Shown: in pieces, positions 33,863 to 43,876 of the stretch
Position numbering within the stretch: the first letter of the stretch is position 1
Layout: every line of letters begins with the position of its first letter
DNA from: Kluyvera sp.
GTDB taxonomy: Bacteria; Pseudomonadota; Gammaproteobacteria; Enterobacterales; Enterobacteriaceae
Reading direction: 5' to 3'
DNA: 43,988 nucleotides
NCBI GenBank assembly: GCA_051656825.1
Contig: JBOFJM010000711.1
Coordinates: 1-43,988, forward strand
Made by a program: the position numbers and the translations under genes
The notes under the pieces: model-generated
Told to the model about the DNA's origin: nothing
The model's input: the letters and a program-made list of their open reading frames with translations, nothing else
Database searches by the model: none

Positions 33863-35884
33863 TTATGATTTCTTCGCCTTCGCCAGCATTTCACGAATGT
33901 TCGCGACGTTGGTCTGCCCTTTGTGCATCCGCTCCTCCGGCGTCACCACTTTGCGCTCCTGCTCCCAAATCAGATCATCTTGCGGTAATTCCAGCAGGAA
34001 GCGGCTCGGCTCCGGGCGCACCAGTTCGCCGTACTGACGGCGCTCTTTACAGAGAGTAAAAATCAGCTCTTTCTGCGCACGAGTGATCCCCACGTAAGCC
34101 AGGCGACGCTCTTCATCGACGTTGTCTTCATCAATACTGCTTTGGTGCGGCAGCAGTCCCTCTTCCATCCCCACGAGGAAAACATACGGGAACTCCAGCC
34201 CTTTTGACGCATGTAGCGTCATCAGTTGCACTTGATCCAGCTCTTCCTCACTCTCTCCGCGTTCCATCATGTCGCGCAGCGTAAAGCGGGTCACCACCTG
34301 AGTCAGCGTCATCGGCTCTTCTAGCTCACTGCCTTCGAGCATTTCCGTCATCCAGCCAAACAGCGTGTTGACGTTTTTCATGCGCATTTCAGCGGCTTTC
34401 GGGCTAGGCGAAGTTTCAAACAGCCAGGACTCGTAATCAATGCCGTGAATCAGGTCGCGCACGGCAGCAATCGGCTCACGCTCCGCCAGGCGCTGAACTT
34501 CACCCAACCAGTGGGTAAAGCGCGTTAGCGACTCATAGCCACGCCCGGTGAGCATTTGGGTCAGCCCCATATCAAAACTGGCGGCGAACATGCTTTTGTT
34601 ACGCGTCATCGCCCACTCGCCCAGTTTTTGCAGCGTCGCGGCGCCAATCTCGCGCTTCGGCGTATTCACGATACGCAGGAAAGCGCTGTCGTCATCCGGG
34701 TTGGTTAGCACACGCAAATACGCCAGCAGGTCTTTGATCTCTGGGCGTGAGAAGAATGACGTGCCGCCAGAGATTTTGTACGGGATGCGGTTCTGCATCA
34801 GGAATTTTTCAAACACCCGCGACTGGTGGTTACCGCGATAGAGGATCGCGTAATCCTTATATTGGGTCTTATTCACGAAGTGATGGGCAATCAGTTCGCC
34901 CGTCACGCGCTCCGCTTCATGCTCTTCATTATTGGCGCTCAGCACTTTGAGTTCAGTGCCGTAGCCCAGTTCGGAGAACAGGCGTTTTTCAAACACGTGC
35001 GGGTTATTGGCGATAAGAATGTTTGCCGCTTTCAGGATACGCCCCGATGAGCGGTAGTTCTGCTCCAGCTTAATCACCTGTAACGCCGGGAAATCCTGGC
35101 TCAGCAATACCAGGTTCTGCGGGCGCGCACCACGCCAGGAGTAGATCGACTGGTCGTCGTCGCCAACCACGGTAAAACGCGCACGTTGCCCTACCAGCAG
35201 TTTTACCAGCTCATACTGACTGGTGTTGGTGTCCTGATATTCATCCACCAGCAGGTAGCGGATTTTGTTCTGCCAGCGCTCGCGCACCTCTTCATTACGC
35301 TGCAGCAGCAGCGTCGGCAGCAGAATCAGGTCGTCAAAGTCCAACACGTTGCACGCTTTCATATGCGCATCGTACAGGCCATAGCAGTGGGCAAAAATTC
35401 TGTCACGCTCGCCCTTCGCCATAGCGGCCGCCTGCGCCGGTGTTTTAAGATCGTTTTTCCAGTTGGAGATCGTCGAGATCAGCTGTTGCAACACCACTTT
35501 ATCGTCTTCGATAAGCCCTTCGGTCAGATCTTTAAGCAACGCAACCTGATCGGTATCGTCGAACAACGAGAAGTTAGATTTCATCCCCAGCGCAGCATAT
35601 TCGCGTTTGATGATATCCAGCCCCAACGTGTGGAATGTGGAGATCATCAGCCCGCGCGCTTCTTTACGCCCCAGCGTTTGCCCGACACGCTCTTTCATTT
35701 CACGCGCCGCTTTATTGGTAAACGTCACCGCCGCGATGTGGCGCGCCTGATAACCACAAACGCGAATCAGGTGAGCGATTTTGTTGGTTATCACGCGTGT
35801 TTTGCCGGAGCCAGCGCCCGCCAGCACCAGGCAGGGGCCGGTAACGAATTCGACAGCATGTTGTTGGCCGGGGTTTAAACGCAT
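33863..35884 (-). CDS. rep: ATP-dependent DNA helicase Rep
   Basis: [29 protein letters not shown]; 673 aa. Confidence 0.98.
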   Translation of the reverse strand: MRLNPGQQHAVEFVTGPCLVLAGAGSGKTRVITNKIAHLIRVCGYQARHIAAVTFTNKAAREMKERVGQTLGRKEARGLMISTFHTLGLDIIKREYAALGMKSNFSLFDDTDQVALLKDLTEGLIEDDKVVLQQLISTISNWKNDLKTPAQAAAMAKGERDRIFAHCYGLYDAHMKACNVLDFDDLILLPTLLLQRNEEVRERWQNKIRYLLVDEYQDTNTSQYELVKLLVGQRARFTVVGDDDQSIYSWRGARPQNLVLLSQDFPALQVIKLEQNYRSSGRILKAANILIANNPHVFEKRLFSELGYGTELKVLSANNEEHEAERVTGELIAHHFVNKTQYKDYAILYRGNHQSRVFEKFLMQNRIPYKISGGTSFFSRPEIKDLLAYLRVLTNPDDDSAFLRIVNTPKREIGAATLQKLGEWAMTRNKSMFAASFDMGLTQMLTGRGYESLTRFTHWLGEVQRLAEREPIAAVRDLIHGIDYESWLFETSPSPKAAEMRMKNVNTLFGWMTEMLEGSELEEPMTLTQVVTRFTLRDMMERGESEEELDQVQLMTLHASKGLEFPYVFLVGMEEGLLPHQSSIDEDNVDEERRLAYVGITRAQKELIFTLCKERRQYGELVRPEPSRFLLELPQDDLIWEQERKVVTPEERMHKGQTNVANIREMLAKAKKS

Positions 35885-36004
35885 AGGAATATTGCTCAAT
35901 CTGTAAACACGGGGGCTGTGGATTGTAGCAGAAAGTCGCGCCAGGAGGATCGGTCATAGCCCATCGCCGAAGACCGTGGATAACATGCTACTATTGCGCC
36001 CTGA

Positions 36005-36313
<309 letters not shown>

Positions 36314-36314
36314 G

Positions 36315-36348
36315 AAAAAGCCCGGAGTATAAACCTCCGGGCTTTTTT
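36315..36348. terminator. Bidirectional terminator between ppiC and ilvC
   Basis: AAAAAGCCCGGAG-7 nt-CTCCGGGCTTTTTT. Confidence 0.85.
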
Positions 36349-36421
36349 GCCTGATGGCGCTTCGCTTATCAGGCCTACGTTGCAACATTTGTAGGTCGGG
36401 TAAGCGAAGCGCCACCCGACA
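36348..36421. repeat. Inverted REP pair (BIME-like)
   Basis: tgcctgatggcgcttcgcttatcaggcctac, a 12-nt linker, then gtaggtcgggtaagcgaagcgccacccgaca. Confidence 0.88.
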
Positions 36422-36428
36422 AAGTTTA

Positions 36429-37904
36429 TTAACCCGCTACGGTAATACGCTTCATATCGGTCATATAGCCACGCAGTTTCTGCCCGACTTTCTCGATAGC
36501 ATGGTTGCGAATCGCTTCGTTCACGTCACGCAGTTGCGCGTTATCAACCGCGCCTTCAGCAATCGCTTTGCCTAAATCACCCGGCTGAACTTCAGCCATA
36601 AACGATTTCAGCAGCGGCACACACGCATAAGAGAACAGGTAGTTACCGTATTCTGCGGTATCGGAGATAACCACGTTCATTTCGTACAGGCGCTTACGGG
36701 CGATAGTGTTGGCGATAAGCGGCAGCTCGTGCAGTGATTCGTAGTACGCAGACTCTTCGATGATGCCAGAATCCACCATGGTTTCGAATGCCAGCTCAAC
36801 GCCCGCTTTTACCATCGCAATCATCAGCACGCCTTTATCAAAGTACTCCTGCTCGCCAATTTTACCGTCAAACTGTGGGGCTGTTTCAAACGCGGTTTTA
36901 CCGGTTTCTTCACGCCAGGTCAGCAGTTTCTTATCGTCGTTGGCCCAGTCCGCCATCATGCCGGAGGAGAATTCGCCAGAGATGATGTCATCCATATGCT
37001 TCTGGAACAGCGGTGCCATAATTTCTTTCAACTGTTCGGACAGCGCGTAAGCACGCAGTTTCGCTGGGTTAGACAGCCTGTCCATCATCAGGGTGATACC
37101 GCCCTGCTTCAGCGCTTCGGTGATGGTTTCCCAGCCGAACTGAATCAGTTTTTCGGCGTATGCCGGGTCAGTACCTTCTTCCACCAGCTTGTCGAAGCAC
37201 AGCAGAGAACCGGCCTGCAACATGCCGCACAGGATGGTCTGCTCGCCCATCAGGTCAGATTTCACTTCCGCAACGAAAGAGGATTCCAGCACACCCGCAC
37301 GGTGACCACCGGTGGCTGCCGCCCAGGCTTTGGCGATCGCCATGCCTTCGCCTTTCGGATCGTTTTCTGGGTGAACCGCAATCAGGGTTGGAACGCCAAA
37401 ACCACGTTTGTACTCTTCGCGCACTTCAGTACCTGGGCATTTCGGTGCCACCATCACCACGGTAATGTCTTTACGGATCTGCTCGCCCACTTCCACGATG
37501 TTGAAACCGTGAGAGTAGCCCAGCGCTGCGCCATCTTTCATCAGCGGTTGTACAGAATGCACAACATCAGAGTGCTGCTTGTCCGGCGTCAGGTTAACGA
37601 CCAGATCCGCCTGTGGGATCAGCTCTTCGTAAGTCCCGACTTTGAAACCGTTTTCGGTCGCTTTTCGCCATGAAGCGCGCTTCTCGGCAATCGCTTCTTT
37701 ACGCAGTGCATAGGAGATATCCAGACCGGAGTCACGCATGTTCAGGCCCTGGTTCAGACCCTGAGCGCCACAGCCGACGATGACCACTTTTTTACCCTGA
37801 AGGTAGCTCGCGCCATCGGCGAATTCGTCGCGGCCCATAAAGCGACATTTACCCAGCTGCGCCAGCTGTTGGCGCAGATTCAGTGTATTAAAGTAGTTAG
37901 CCAT
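36429..37904 (-). CDS. ilvC: Ketol-acid reductoisomerase
   Basis: [20 protein letters not shown]; 491 aa. Confidence 0.99.
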   Translation of the reverse strand: MANYFNTLNLRQQLAQLGKCRFMGRDEFADGASYLQGKKVVIVGCGAQGLNQGLNMRDSGLDISYALRKEAIAEKRASWRKATENGFKVGTYEELIPQADLVVNLTPDKQHSDVVHSVQPLMKDGAALGYSHGFNIVEVGEQIRKDITVVMVAPKCPGTEVREEYKRGFGVPTLIAVHPENDPKGEGMAIAKAWAAATGGHRAGVLESSFVAEVKSDLMGEQTILCGMLQAGSLLCFDKLVEEGTDPAYAEKLIQFGWETITEALKQGGITLMMDRLSNPAKLRAYALSEQLKEIMAPLFQKHMDDIISGEFSSGMMADWANDDKKLLTWREETGKTAFETAPQFDGKIGEQEYFDKGVLMIAMVKAGVELAFETMVDSGIIEESAYYESLHELPLIANTIARKRLYEMNVVISDTAEYGNYLFSYACVPLLKSFMAEVQPGDLGKAIAEGAVDNAQLRDVNEAIRNHAIEKVGQKLRGYMTDMKRITVAG

Positions 37905-37987
37905 GATGGTGTACTCCGTGATGTTGTGTGTCTTATTGTTCGGTTCGCGTTTTGCGAGAATGAAACCACCTTACAACAGGAAATTTA

Positions 37988-38036
37988 TTGCGGAAATTGA
38001 TATATTCACAACGTTACGTTGCAATTTATGCAACGT
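37988..38036. promoter_or_regulatory. IlvY operators in the divergent ilvC/ilvY promoter
   Basis: Palindrome ACGTTGCA-attta-TGCAACGT (38016..38036) and a second site ttgcggaaattgatat; LysR-type boxes. Confidence 0.75.
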
Positions 38037-38056
38037 AGAAAACCGGAGACTCAGCT

Positions 38057-38959
38057 GTGGATTTACGCGATCTGAAAACCTTCCTGCATCTGGCGGAAAG
38101 CCGTCACTTTGGCCGTAGCGCACGGGCGATGCACGTCAGTCCTTCTACGCTTTCACGGCAGATTCAGCGGCTGGAAGAAGATCTCGGCCAGGCGCTGTTT
38201 GTGCGCGATAACCGTACGGTAACGCTGACCGAAGCGGGCGAAGAACTGCGGGTATTTGCCCAGCAGACGCTGTTGCAGTATCAGCAACTGCGCCACACTA
38301 TCGATCAACAAGGGCCGTCGCTTTCCGGCGAGCTACATATTTTCTGCTCGGTAACCGCCGCCTACAGCCATCTGCCGCCGATCCTCGATCGCTTTCGCGC
38401 TGAGCATCCGTCGGTTGAAATTAAACTCACTACCGGTGACGCCGCTGATGCGATGGAAAAGGTGGTTACAGGAGAAGCCGATCTGGCGATTGCCGGTAAG
38501 CCAGAAACGTTGCCGGGCGCGGTCGCCTTTTCTATGCTGGAGAATCTGGCGGTGGTGTTAATCGCCCCTGCGTTGCCTTGCCCGGTACGCAACCAGATTT
38601 CCGTCGAGCAACCGGACTGGTCAACAGTGCCGTTTATCATGGCGGATCAGGGGCCAGTGCGTCGTCGCATTGAGCTGTGGTTCCGCCGCCATAAAATCAG
38701 TAATCCCTCGATTTATGCGACAGTCGGCGGGCATGAGGCGATGGTTTCAATGGTCGCGCTCGGCTGCGGCGTCGCGCTGCTGCCGGAAGTGGTGTTGGAA
38801 AACAGCCCTGAACCGGTACGTAATCGCGTAATGATATTAGAGCGCAGCGACGAGAAGACTCCGTTCGAGCTAGGCGTCTGCGTGCAGAAAAAGCGGCTGC
38901 ATGAACCGTTGGTGGATGCATTCTGGAAGATTGTGCTGGAACGCAAAATCGCCGAATAG
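38057..38959 (+). CDS. ilvY: LysR regulator IlvY
   Basis: MDLRDLKTFLHLAESRHFGRSA HTH; divergent from ilvC. Confidence 0.98.
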   Translation: MDLRDLKTFLHLAESRHFGRSARAMHVSPSTLSRQIQRLEEDLGQALFVRDNRTVTLTEAGEELRVFAQQTLLQYQQLRHTIDQQGPSLSGELHIFCSVTAAYSHLPPILDRFRAEHPSVEIKLTTGDAADAMEKVVTGEADLAIAGKPETLPGAVAFSMLENLAVVLIAPALPCPVRNQISVEQPDWSTVPFIMADQGPVRRRIELWFRRHKISNPSIYATVGGHEAMVSMVALGCGVALLPEVVLENSPEPVRNRVMILERSDEKTPFELGVCVQKKRLHEPLVDAFWKIVLERKIAE

Positions 38960-39090
38960 CGTTAACGCATTCAGCCCCCAGTCATGCCCCTGGTTCGGGA
39001 GATTAATTGGTATCAAAGGTGCCAGGTGTAAATGGGCTCCGCAGGTAAAATCGTCACTAAAGAAACAGGACCTTACGAGAGGGAGTGACG

Positions 39091-40095
39091 ATGCAGAAAC
39101 CCAAAAAGATCTTCAACAACACCGATAATATTCGTAGCGAAATTATGGAAGGACTGGTGTACGCCGGGCGCGGTAAGATCCACGCCCTGCCGGAGTATTG
39201 CGCGGTTTATCATACGATGGCGCAAAACGGCCAGACCGTTATCGTCAGCGGCGGTGGCAGCGGTCATGAGCCGACATTTGCCGGGTTCGTCGGCGAAGGC
39301 GGCATCAATGCCTGCGCGCTGGGCGAAGTCTTCACCTCCCCCTCTCCCGACCAAATCATTGAAGCCAGCCGGGCCGTTCATCAGGGCAACGGCGTGCTGT
39401 TCCTCTACGGCAACTACTCCGGCGACGGCATGAACTTTGATATCGCTGCTGAAATCCTTGCTGAAGAAGGGATTGAATGCCGCACCGTACGCGCCGCGGA
39501 TGATATTGCCTCGGCGCCGCCGGAAAGAATGTCCGACCGCCGTGGCGTGGGCGGGCTAGCGTTTTTGTACAAGCTGACCGGCGCCGCAGCCCAGTTTGAG
39601 CACTACGCCCTGCCGGAGCTGGAAGCGCTGGCGAACAAAGCCAACCATAACACCCGCACCATTGGCGTCGCACTCAGCGGTTGCGCGCTGCCACAGGCCG
39701 ATGCCTTTAACTTCACGCTGGCCGATAACGAAATCGAGCTGGGCATTGGCATCCACGGCGAACCGGGACTGTGCCGTATTCCTATGCCGCAAAGCGATGA
39801 GCTGGTCGAGATGATGATTGAACGCCTGTGCAACGACCTGCCTTTCGCGAAGGGCGACAGCGTGTGCGTGAGCGTCAACAACCTCGGTGCACTAAGCAAC
39901 ACCGAGCTGATGGTGGTCACCCGCAAAGTCGGCATGGCGCTGACGGCGCGCAGTATCAAAACCTACGACGTGCAGGTTGGTCATTTCTGTACCTCGCTGG
40001 AAATGTCCGGTTTTTCACTGAGTATGCTGCGGCTGGACGACGAGATGCAGCGCCTGTACGACTACCCAATCCGCACCCTCGTCTGGAGAAACTAA
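39091..40095 (+). CDS. DhaK-like (dihydroxyacetone/short ketose kinase, substrate-binding subunit)
   Basis: SGGGSGHEP, FTSPSPDQ, NYSGDGMNF and GIHGEPG Dak1 motifs; GGAG RBS before ATG 39091. Confidence 0.9.
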   Translation: MQKPKKIFNNTDNIRSEIMEGLVYAGRGKIHALPEYCAVYHTMAQNGQTVIVSGGGSGHEPTFAGFVGEGGINACALGEVFTSPSPDQIIEASRAVHQGNGVLFLYGNYSGDGMNFDIAAEILAEEGIECRTVRAADDIASAPPERMSDRRGVGGLAFLYKLTGAAAQFEHYALPELEALANKANHNTRTIGVALSGCALPQADAFNFTLADNEIELGIGIHGEPGLCRIPMPQSDELVEMMIERLCNDLPFAKGDSVCVSVNNLGALSNTELMVVTRKVGMALTARSIKTYDVQVGHFCTSLEMSGFSLSMLRLDDEMQRLYDYPIRTLVWRN

Positions 40096-40096
40096 G

Positions 40097-40726
40097 ATGG
40101 ACACCACACAATTTATCGCCTGCCTGCGGTACGTTTCTGAGGGGATGATCGCCAGTGAACCACGGTTGACCGCACTCGATCAGGTTATTGGCGATGGCGA
40201 CCACGGTATAGGCATTAAACGCGGCTTTACCGCACTTTCCGCGCTGCTCGCTGCACCAGAATTTACCGCCACGGATATTGGCGACGCTCTGCTACAAAGC
40301 GGTACTCGCCTGATGACCAGCATGGGCGGCGCCTCCGGAGCCATTTTCGGTACCCTTTTCCGCGCTGGGGGTAAAGGTCTTGCTGGGCGTACTGAGCTGG
40401 ATACCGCTACCCTCGCCGAGTGGTTGACGATCGGCATGCAGGCTATCCACCAGCGCGGCGGGGCCGAGTCGGGGGACAAAACAATGGTCGATGCGCTGGC
40501 CGCCGCTGCCGAGTGCGCCAAAGCGGACGTTGCGCTAGCGCTGTCGGAAGCGCTTACCCACTGCGCGCAGGCGGCAATGGCTGGAGCAGAGAGCACCAGC
40601 GCGATGGTTGCGCGCTTCGGGCGCGCGAAAAATCTGGGTGAGCGGGCTATTGGCCACTGCGACCCTGGCGCGGTGTCAATGGCGCTAATCCTGCAGTTTA
40701 TGGCGGAATTTGCCCATCAGAACTAA
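40097..40726 (+). CDS. DhaL-like (Dak2, nucleotide-binding subunit)
   Basis: GDGDHG, GGASG, GDKTMVD, GRA and DPGA motifs; starts 1 nt after the dhaK-like stop. Confidence 0.9.
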   Translation: MDTTQFIACLRYVSEGMIASEPRLTALDQVIGDGDHGIGIKRGFTALSALLAAPEFTATDIGDALLQSGTRLMTSMGGASGAIFGTLFRAGGKGLAGRTELDTATLAEWLTIGMQAIHQRGGAESGDKTMVDALAAAAECAKADVALALSEALTHCAQAAMAGAESTSAMVARFGRAKNLGERAIGHCDPGAVSMALILQFMAEFAHQN

Positions 40727-40750
40727 CCTGCAATAGCGTTCAACGTCCAC

Positions 40751-40777
40751 AGGGCCATGTTTACGCATGGCCCTTTT
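40751..40777 (+). terminator. Probable terminator after the dhaL-like gene
   Basis: AGGGCCATG-tttacg-CATGGCCCT-TTT. Confidence 0.65.
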
Positions 40778-40961
40778 CAGTCCTGCGGCCCAGCGTCTGA
40801 CGGCTAAAATCAGTGGTAGATTCAGTATTGGCGCTCCTTTTCTGTATAATGTTGCGATCCGTTGTAGTGGGGGGTTTGTTAACCATGTCGTTAAACAAGC
40901 CAGAGCAGACGGTGTCATTGCACACTTGACAGCGAAAATACAAACTTAATTAGCCATCATT

Positions 40962-42155
40962 ATGATAATCAAACCAAAGATTCGTGGATTCATCTGTACA
41001 ACGACCCATCCGACTGGCTGTAAAGCCAATGTGGAAAAACAGATCGAGTACGTTAAGCAAAACGGGAAAATCGAGAACGGCCCTTCCCGCGTGCTGGTGA
41101 TCGGTGCTTCCACCGGTTACGGCCTTGCATCCAGAATTTCCGCCGCCTTTGGCAGCGGAGCCGCCACTATCGGCGTATTTTTCGAAAAACTAGGCACGGA
41201 GTCCAAACCAGGTTCCGCAGGCTGGTATAACTCTGCCGCCTTCGACGAAGCGGCCAAACGTGAAGGTCTGTATTCCAAAAGCATCAACGGCGACGCGTTC
41301 TCTGACGAATGCCGCGATGAAGTGATCAAGCTCATCAAAGAAGACTTGGGCCAGATTGACCTGGTCGTATACTCGCTGGCTTCCCCAGTGCGTAAAATGC
41401 CGAAAACCGGTGAAATCGTCCGTTCTGCGCTGAAGCCAATCGGTGAGGTTTACACCTCTAAAGCGATTGATACCAACAAAGATCAGATCATCACCGCCAG
41501 CATTGAGCCAGCAACCGAAGAAGAAGTTCAGAACACCGTCACCGTCATGGGCGGCGAAGACTGGGAACTGTGGATGGGCGCGCTGAGCGAAGCAGGCGTG
41601 CTGGCTGACGGCGTGAAAACCGTTGCCTACTCCTACATCGGTACCGACCTGACCTGGCCAATCTACTGGCACGGCGCGCTGGGCAAAGCAAAAGAAGACC
41701 TCGACCGTGCGGCGGGTGAACTGCGTAACCAACTGGCTCCGCTGAACGGTTCCGCGAACGTTGCGGTACTGAAGTCCGTTATCACTCAGGCGTCTTCCGC
41801 CATTCCGGTGATGCCGCTGTACATCTCTATGGTCTTCAAGCTGATGAAAGCACAGGGGATTCACGAAGGTTGTATCGAGCAGATCAATCGTCTGATGACC
41901 ACCAGCCTGTACGGCGATAAAGTGGCGCTTGATGACAACCAGCGTATCCGTATGGATGACTGGGAACTGCGCGAAGACATTCAGCAGGCATGTCGCGATC
42001 TGTGGCCGCTGATCACCACTGAAAACCTGGCGCAAGAAACCGATTATGCAGGCTACAAGCAGGAATTCCTGAACCTGTTCGGTTTTGGCCTCGACGGCGT
42101 GGATTACGACGCTGACGTGAACACCGAAGTCGAATTCGACGTGATCACGCTGTAA
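40962..42155 (+). CDS. fabV: Enoyl-ACP reductase FabV / trans-2-enoyl-CoA reductase
   Basis: [26 protein letters not shown]8-K ([10 protein letters not shown]), [10 protein letters not shown]; 397 aa. Confidence 0.93.
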   Translation: MIIKPKIRGFICTTTHPTGCKANVEKQIEYVKQNGKIENGPSRVLVIGASTGYGLASRISAAFGSGAATIGVFFEKLGTESKPGSAGWYNSAAFDEAAKREGLYSKSINGDAFSDECRDEVIKLIKEDLGQIDLVVYSLASPVRKMPKTGEIVRSALKPIGEVYTSKAIDTNKDQIITASIEPATEEEVQNTVTVMGGEDWELWMGALSEAGVLADGVKTVAYSYIGTDLTWPIYWHGALGKAKEDLDRAAGELRNQLAPLNGSANVAVLKSVITQASSAIPVMPLYISMVFKLMKAQGIHEGCIEQINRLMTTSLYGDKVALDDNQRIRMDDWELREDIQQACRDLWPLITTENLAQETDYAGYKQEFLNLFGFGLDGVDYDADVNTEVEFDVITL

Positions 42156-42189
42156 TGTTCTGACGCAGTAACAAAAGCAGACGACTGAT

Positions 42190-42217
42190 AAAACCCTGGC
42201 CGAAAGCCAGGGTTTTT
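42190..42217 (+). terminator. fabV intrinsic terminator
   Basis: AAAACCCTGGC-cgaaa-GCCAGGGTTTTT. Confidence 0.88.
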
Positions 42218-42297
42218 AACTAACAAGATCTGGACTTAATAACGACCACTCCTGTACGATTCAATCCAATTTCAAATATATAACATTAGTTAAGAAC

Positions 42298-42323
42298 TGA
42301 ATGGTATTAATAAATACCATTCA
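42298..42323. promoter_or_regulatory. Perfect 11-bp inverted repeat, candidate operator
   Basis: TGAATGGTATT-aata-AATACCATTCA in the AT-rich region upstream of the GT2 gene. Confidence 0.45.
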
Positions 42324-42586
42324 AATAAATAATATATTAATGGATAGATTATATCCCCGCATATTAATTAATAGTATGAATTAAAAGAAATATTCCCATT
42401 AAATAGTTAGAGCCTATCCTAATAGACATTATTGTTGCAGCCAGTTTAAACATGGGCACATACGCACTACACAGGGCTTTAAAGACCCATCGAGCTTTGT
42501 GTGAGTGCCTTTTGGTTTAAAATGACGAATAGAGTGGCTCATTAGGATGGGCTCTGAATCCTGCTCATGGATTGGAGCTTAATATT

Positions 42587-43876
42587 ATGCACACAACAAA
42601 TCTACATCGATCGGGCCATTCGAATATTTTATCAGAGCCATCTAAATATATTCCTGAACTGACCATTTCAGCCCCCGAAGATATAATTTCATCTGTCCCA
42701 CTCCCATTTATATCAGCAATCATTCCATGTCTGAATGAAGAAATGACGCTTGCCATCTGCATTAATAAAATAATGGCAGCCTTTAACCGTCGAGGTATTC
42801 AGGGTGAAGTTATCGTTGGGGATAATGGTTCAACGGACAAATCCGTTGAAATTGCAAAATCACTGGGTGCTCGGGTCATCCACCAGCCCATCAAAGGCTA
42901 TGGTGCAGCAATAAACGCGGCGGCCGGAGCGGCAAAGGGTAAGTATCTCATCATGGCCGATGCCGATGACTCCTACGACTGGAGCCAGATTGATATTTTT
43001 GTCGATGCACTGGAAAGCGGCGCAGACTTCGTGATGGGTAATCGATTTGCCGGAGGAATAGAACCAGGGGCCATGCCTCCTCTGCATCGCTATCTGGGTA
43101 ACCCGCTGCTCTCGGGCATCGCCCGGCTGCTTTACCACTCTCCCATTCGTGATTTTCACTGCGGGATGCGGGCCTTTACCCGCGAGGCATTCCAGAAGAT
43201 ATCCGCCCACGCTACCGGAATGGAATTTGCCTCCGAAATGATCATCAACGCGCATCGTGCGGGCCTCACCATCCGTGAAGTGCCGATCAAGCTCTATCCG
43301 GACAAACGCAACCGCCCGCCTCATCTACGCTCGTTTCGCGATGGCTGGCGGCACTTGCGCCTTCTCATTGCCCACGCTCCGGATAGACTATATTTGGCCC
43401 CCGGATTGATGCTGCTGCTGCTCGGAACTATCGGCCTTGCGCTGCTTGCCACAGGCCCCATCGAAATCAACGGCTACTATTTTGGTATTCATTTCGTCGC
43501 CCTGGCGACCATGTCAACGTTGGTTGGCCTTATCTCGATCCTGCTAGGCGTGCTAGCGAAGGTCGCTATCGCCATTTACCATCCGGTTGCACAAAGTCCG
43601 ATGATTTCTTGGCTGAGGCGATCGCACCCTCTGGAATGGCTGGTTTTCGGCGGATCTGCTCTTGCAATATCGGGTTTTTGCGCCGACCTCCTCCTGGCTT
43701 TTCAATGGCTTTTTACCCACGGTTCAATGGAGCAGTCGGTACATGCTGTTTTTATCATCAGCACCGTTTGTATCGCTGGTGTGCTGATGGTGCTAGCCGG
43801 ATTCGTACTGCAGCTACTGCTGGATATCCTGAACCGGCAGGTTTTAGAAACGTCAAAAAAAGGACCGTTAGTATGA
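42587..43876 (+). CDS. GT2 glycosyltransferase (polyprenol-phosphate sugar synthase-like) with C-terminal TM helices
   Basis: IIPCLNEE, GDNGSTD, KGYG, MADADDSYD (DxD), DFHCGMRAF, HLRSFRDGWRHL, about four C-terminal hydrophobic helices; GGAG before ATG 42587. Confidence 0.88.
   Translation: MHTTNLHRSGHSNILSEPSKYIPELTISAPEDIISSVPLPFISAIIPCLNEEMTLAICINKIMAAFNRRGIQGEVIVGDNGSTDKSVEIAKSLGARVIHQPIKGYGAAINAAAGAAKGKYLIMADADDSYDWSQIDIFVDALESGADFVMGNRFAGGIEPGAMPPLHRYLGNPLLSGIARLLYHSPIRDFHCGMRAFTREAFQKISAHATGMEFASEMIINAHRAGLTIREVPIKLYPDKRNRPPHLRSFRDGWRHLRLLIAHAPDRLYLAPGLMLLLLGTIGLALLATGPIEINGYYFGIHFVALATMSTLVGLISILLGVLAKVAIAIYHPVAQSPMISWLRRSHPLEWLVFGGSALAISGFCADLLLAFQWLFTHGSMEQSVHAVFIISTVCIAGVLMVLAGFVLQLLLDILNRQVLETSKKGPLV

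Noticed and set aside
40926..40955. TTGACA as the fabV -35 box
   Set aside because: No acceptable -10 hexamer at 16-18 bp spacing.
39091..42155. dhaK/L-like genes and fabV as one operon or pathway
   Set aside because: They are separated by a terminator-like hairpin and a separate promoter candidate, and I see no biochemical link.
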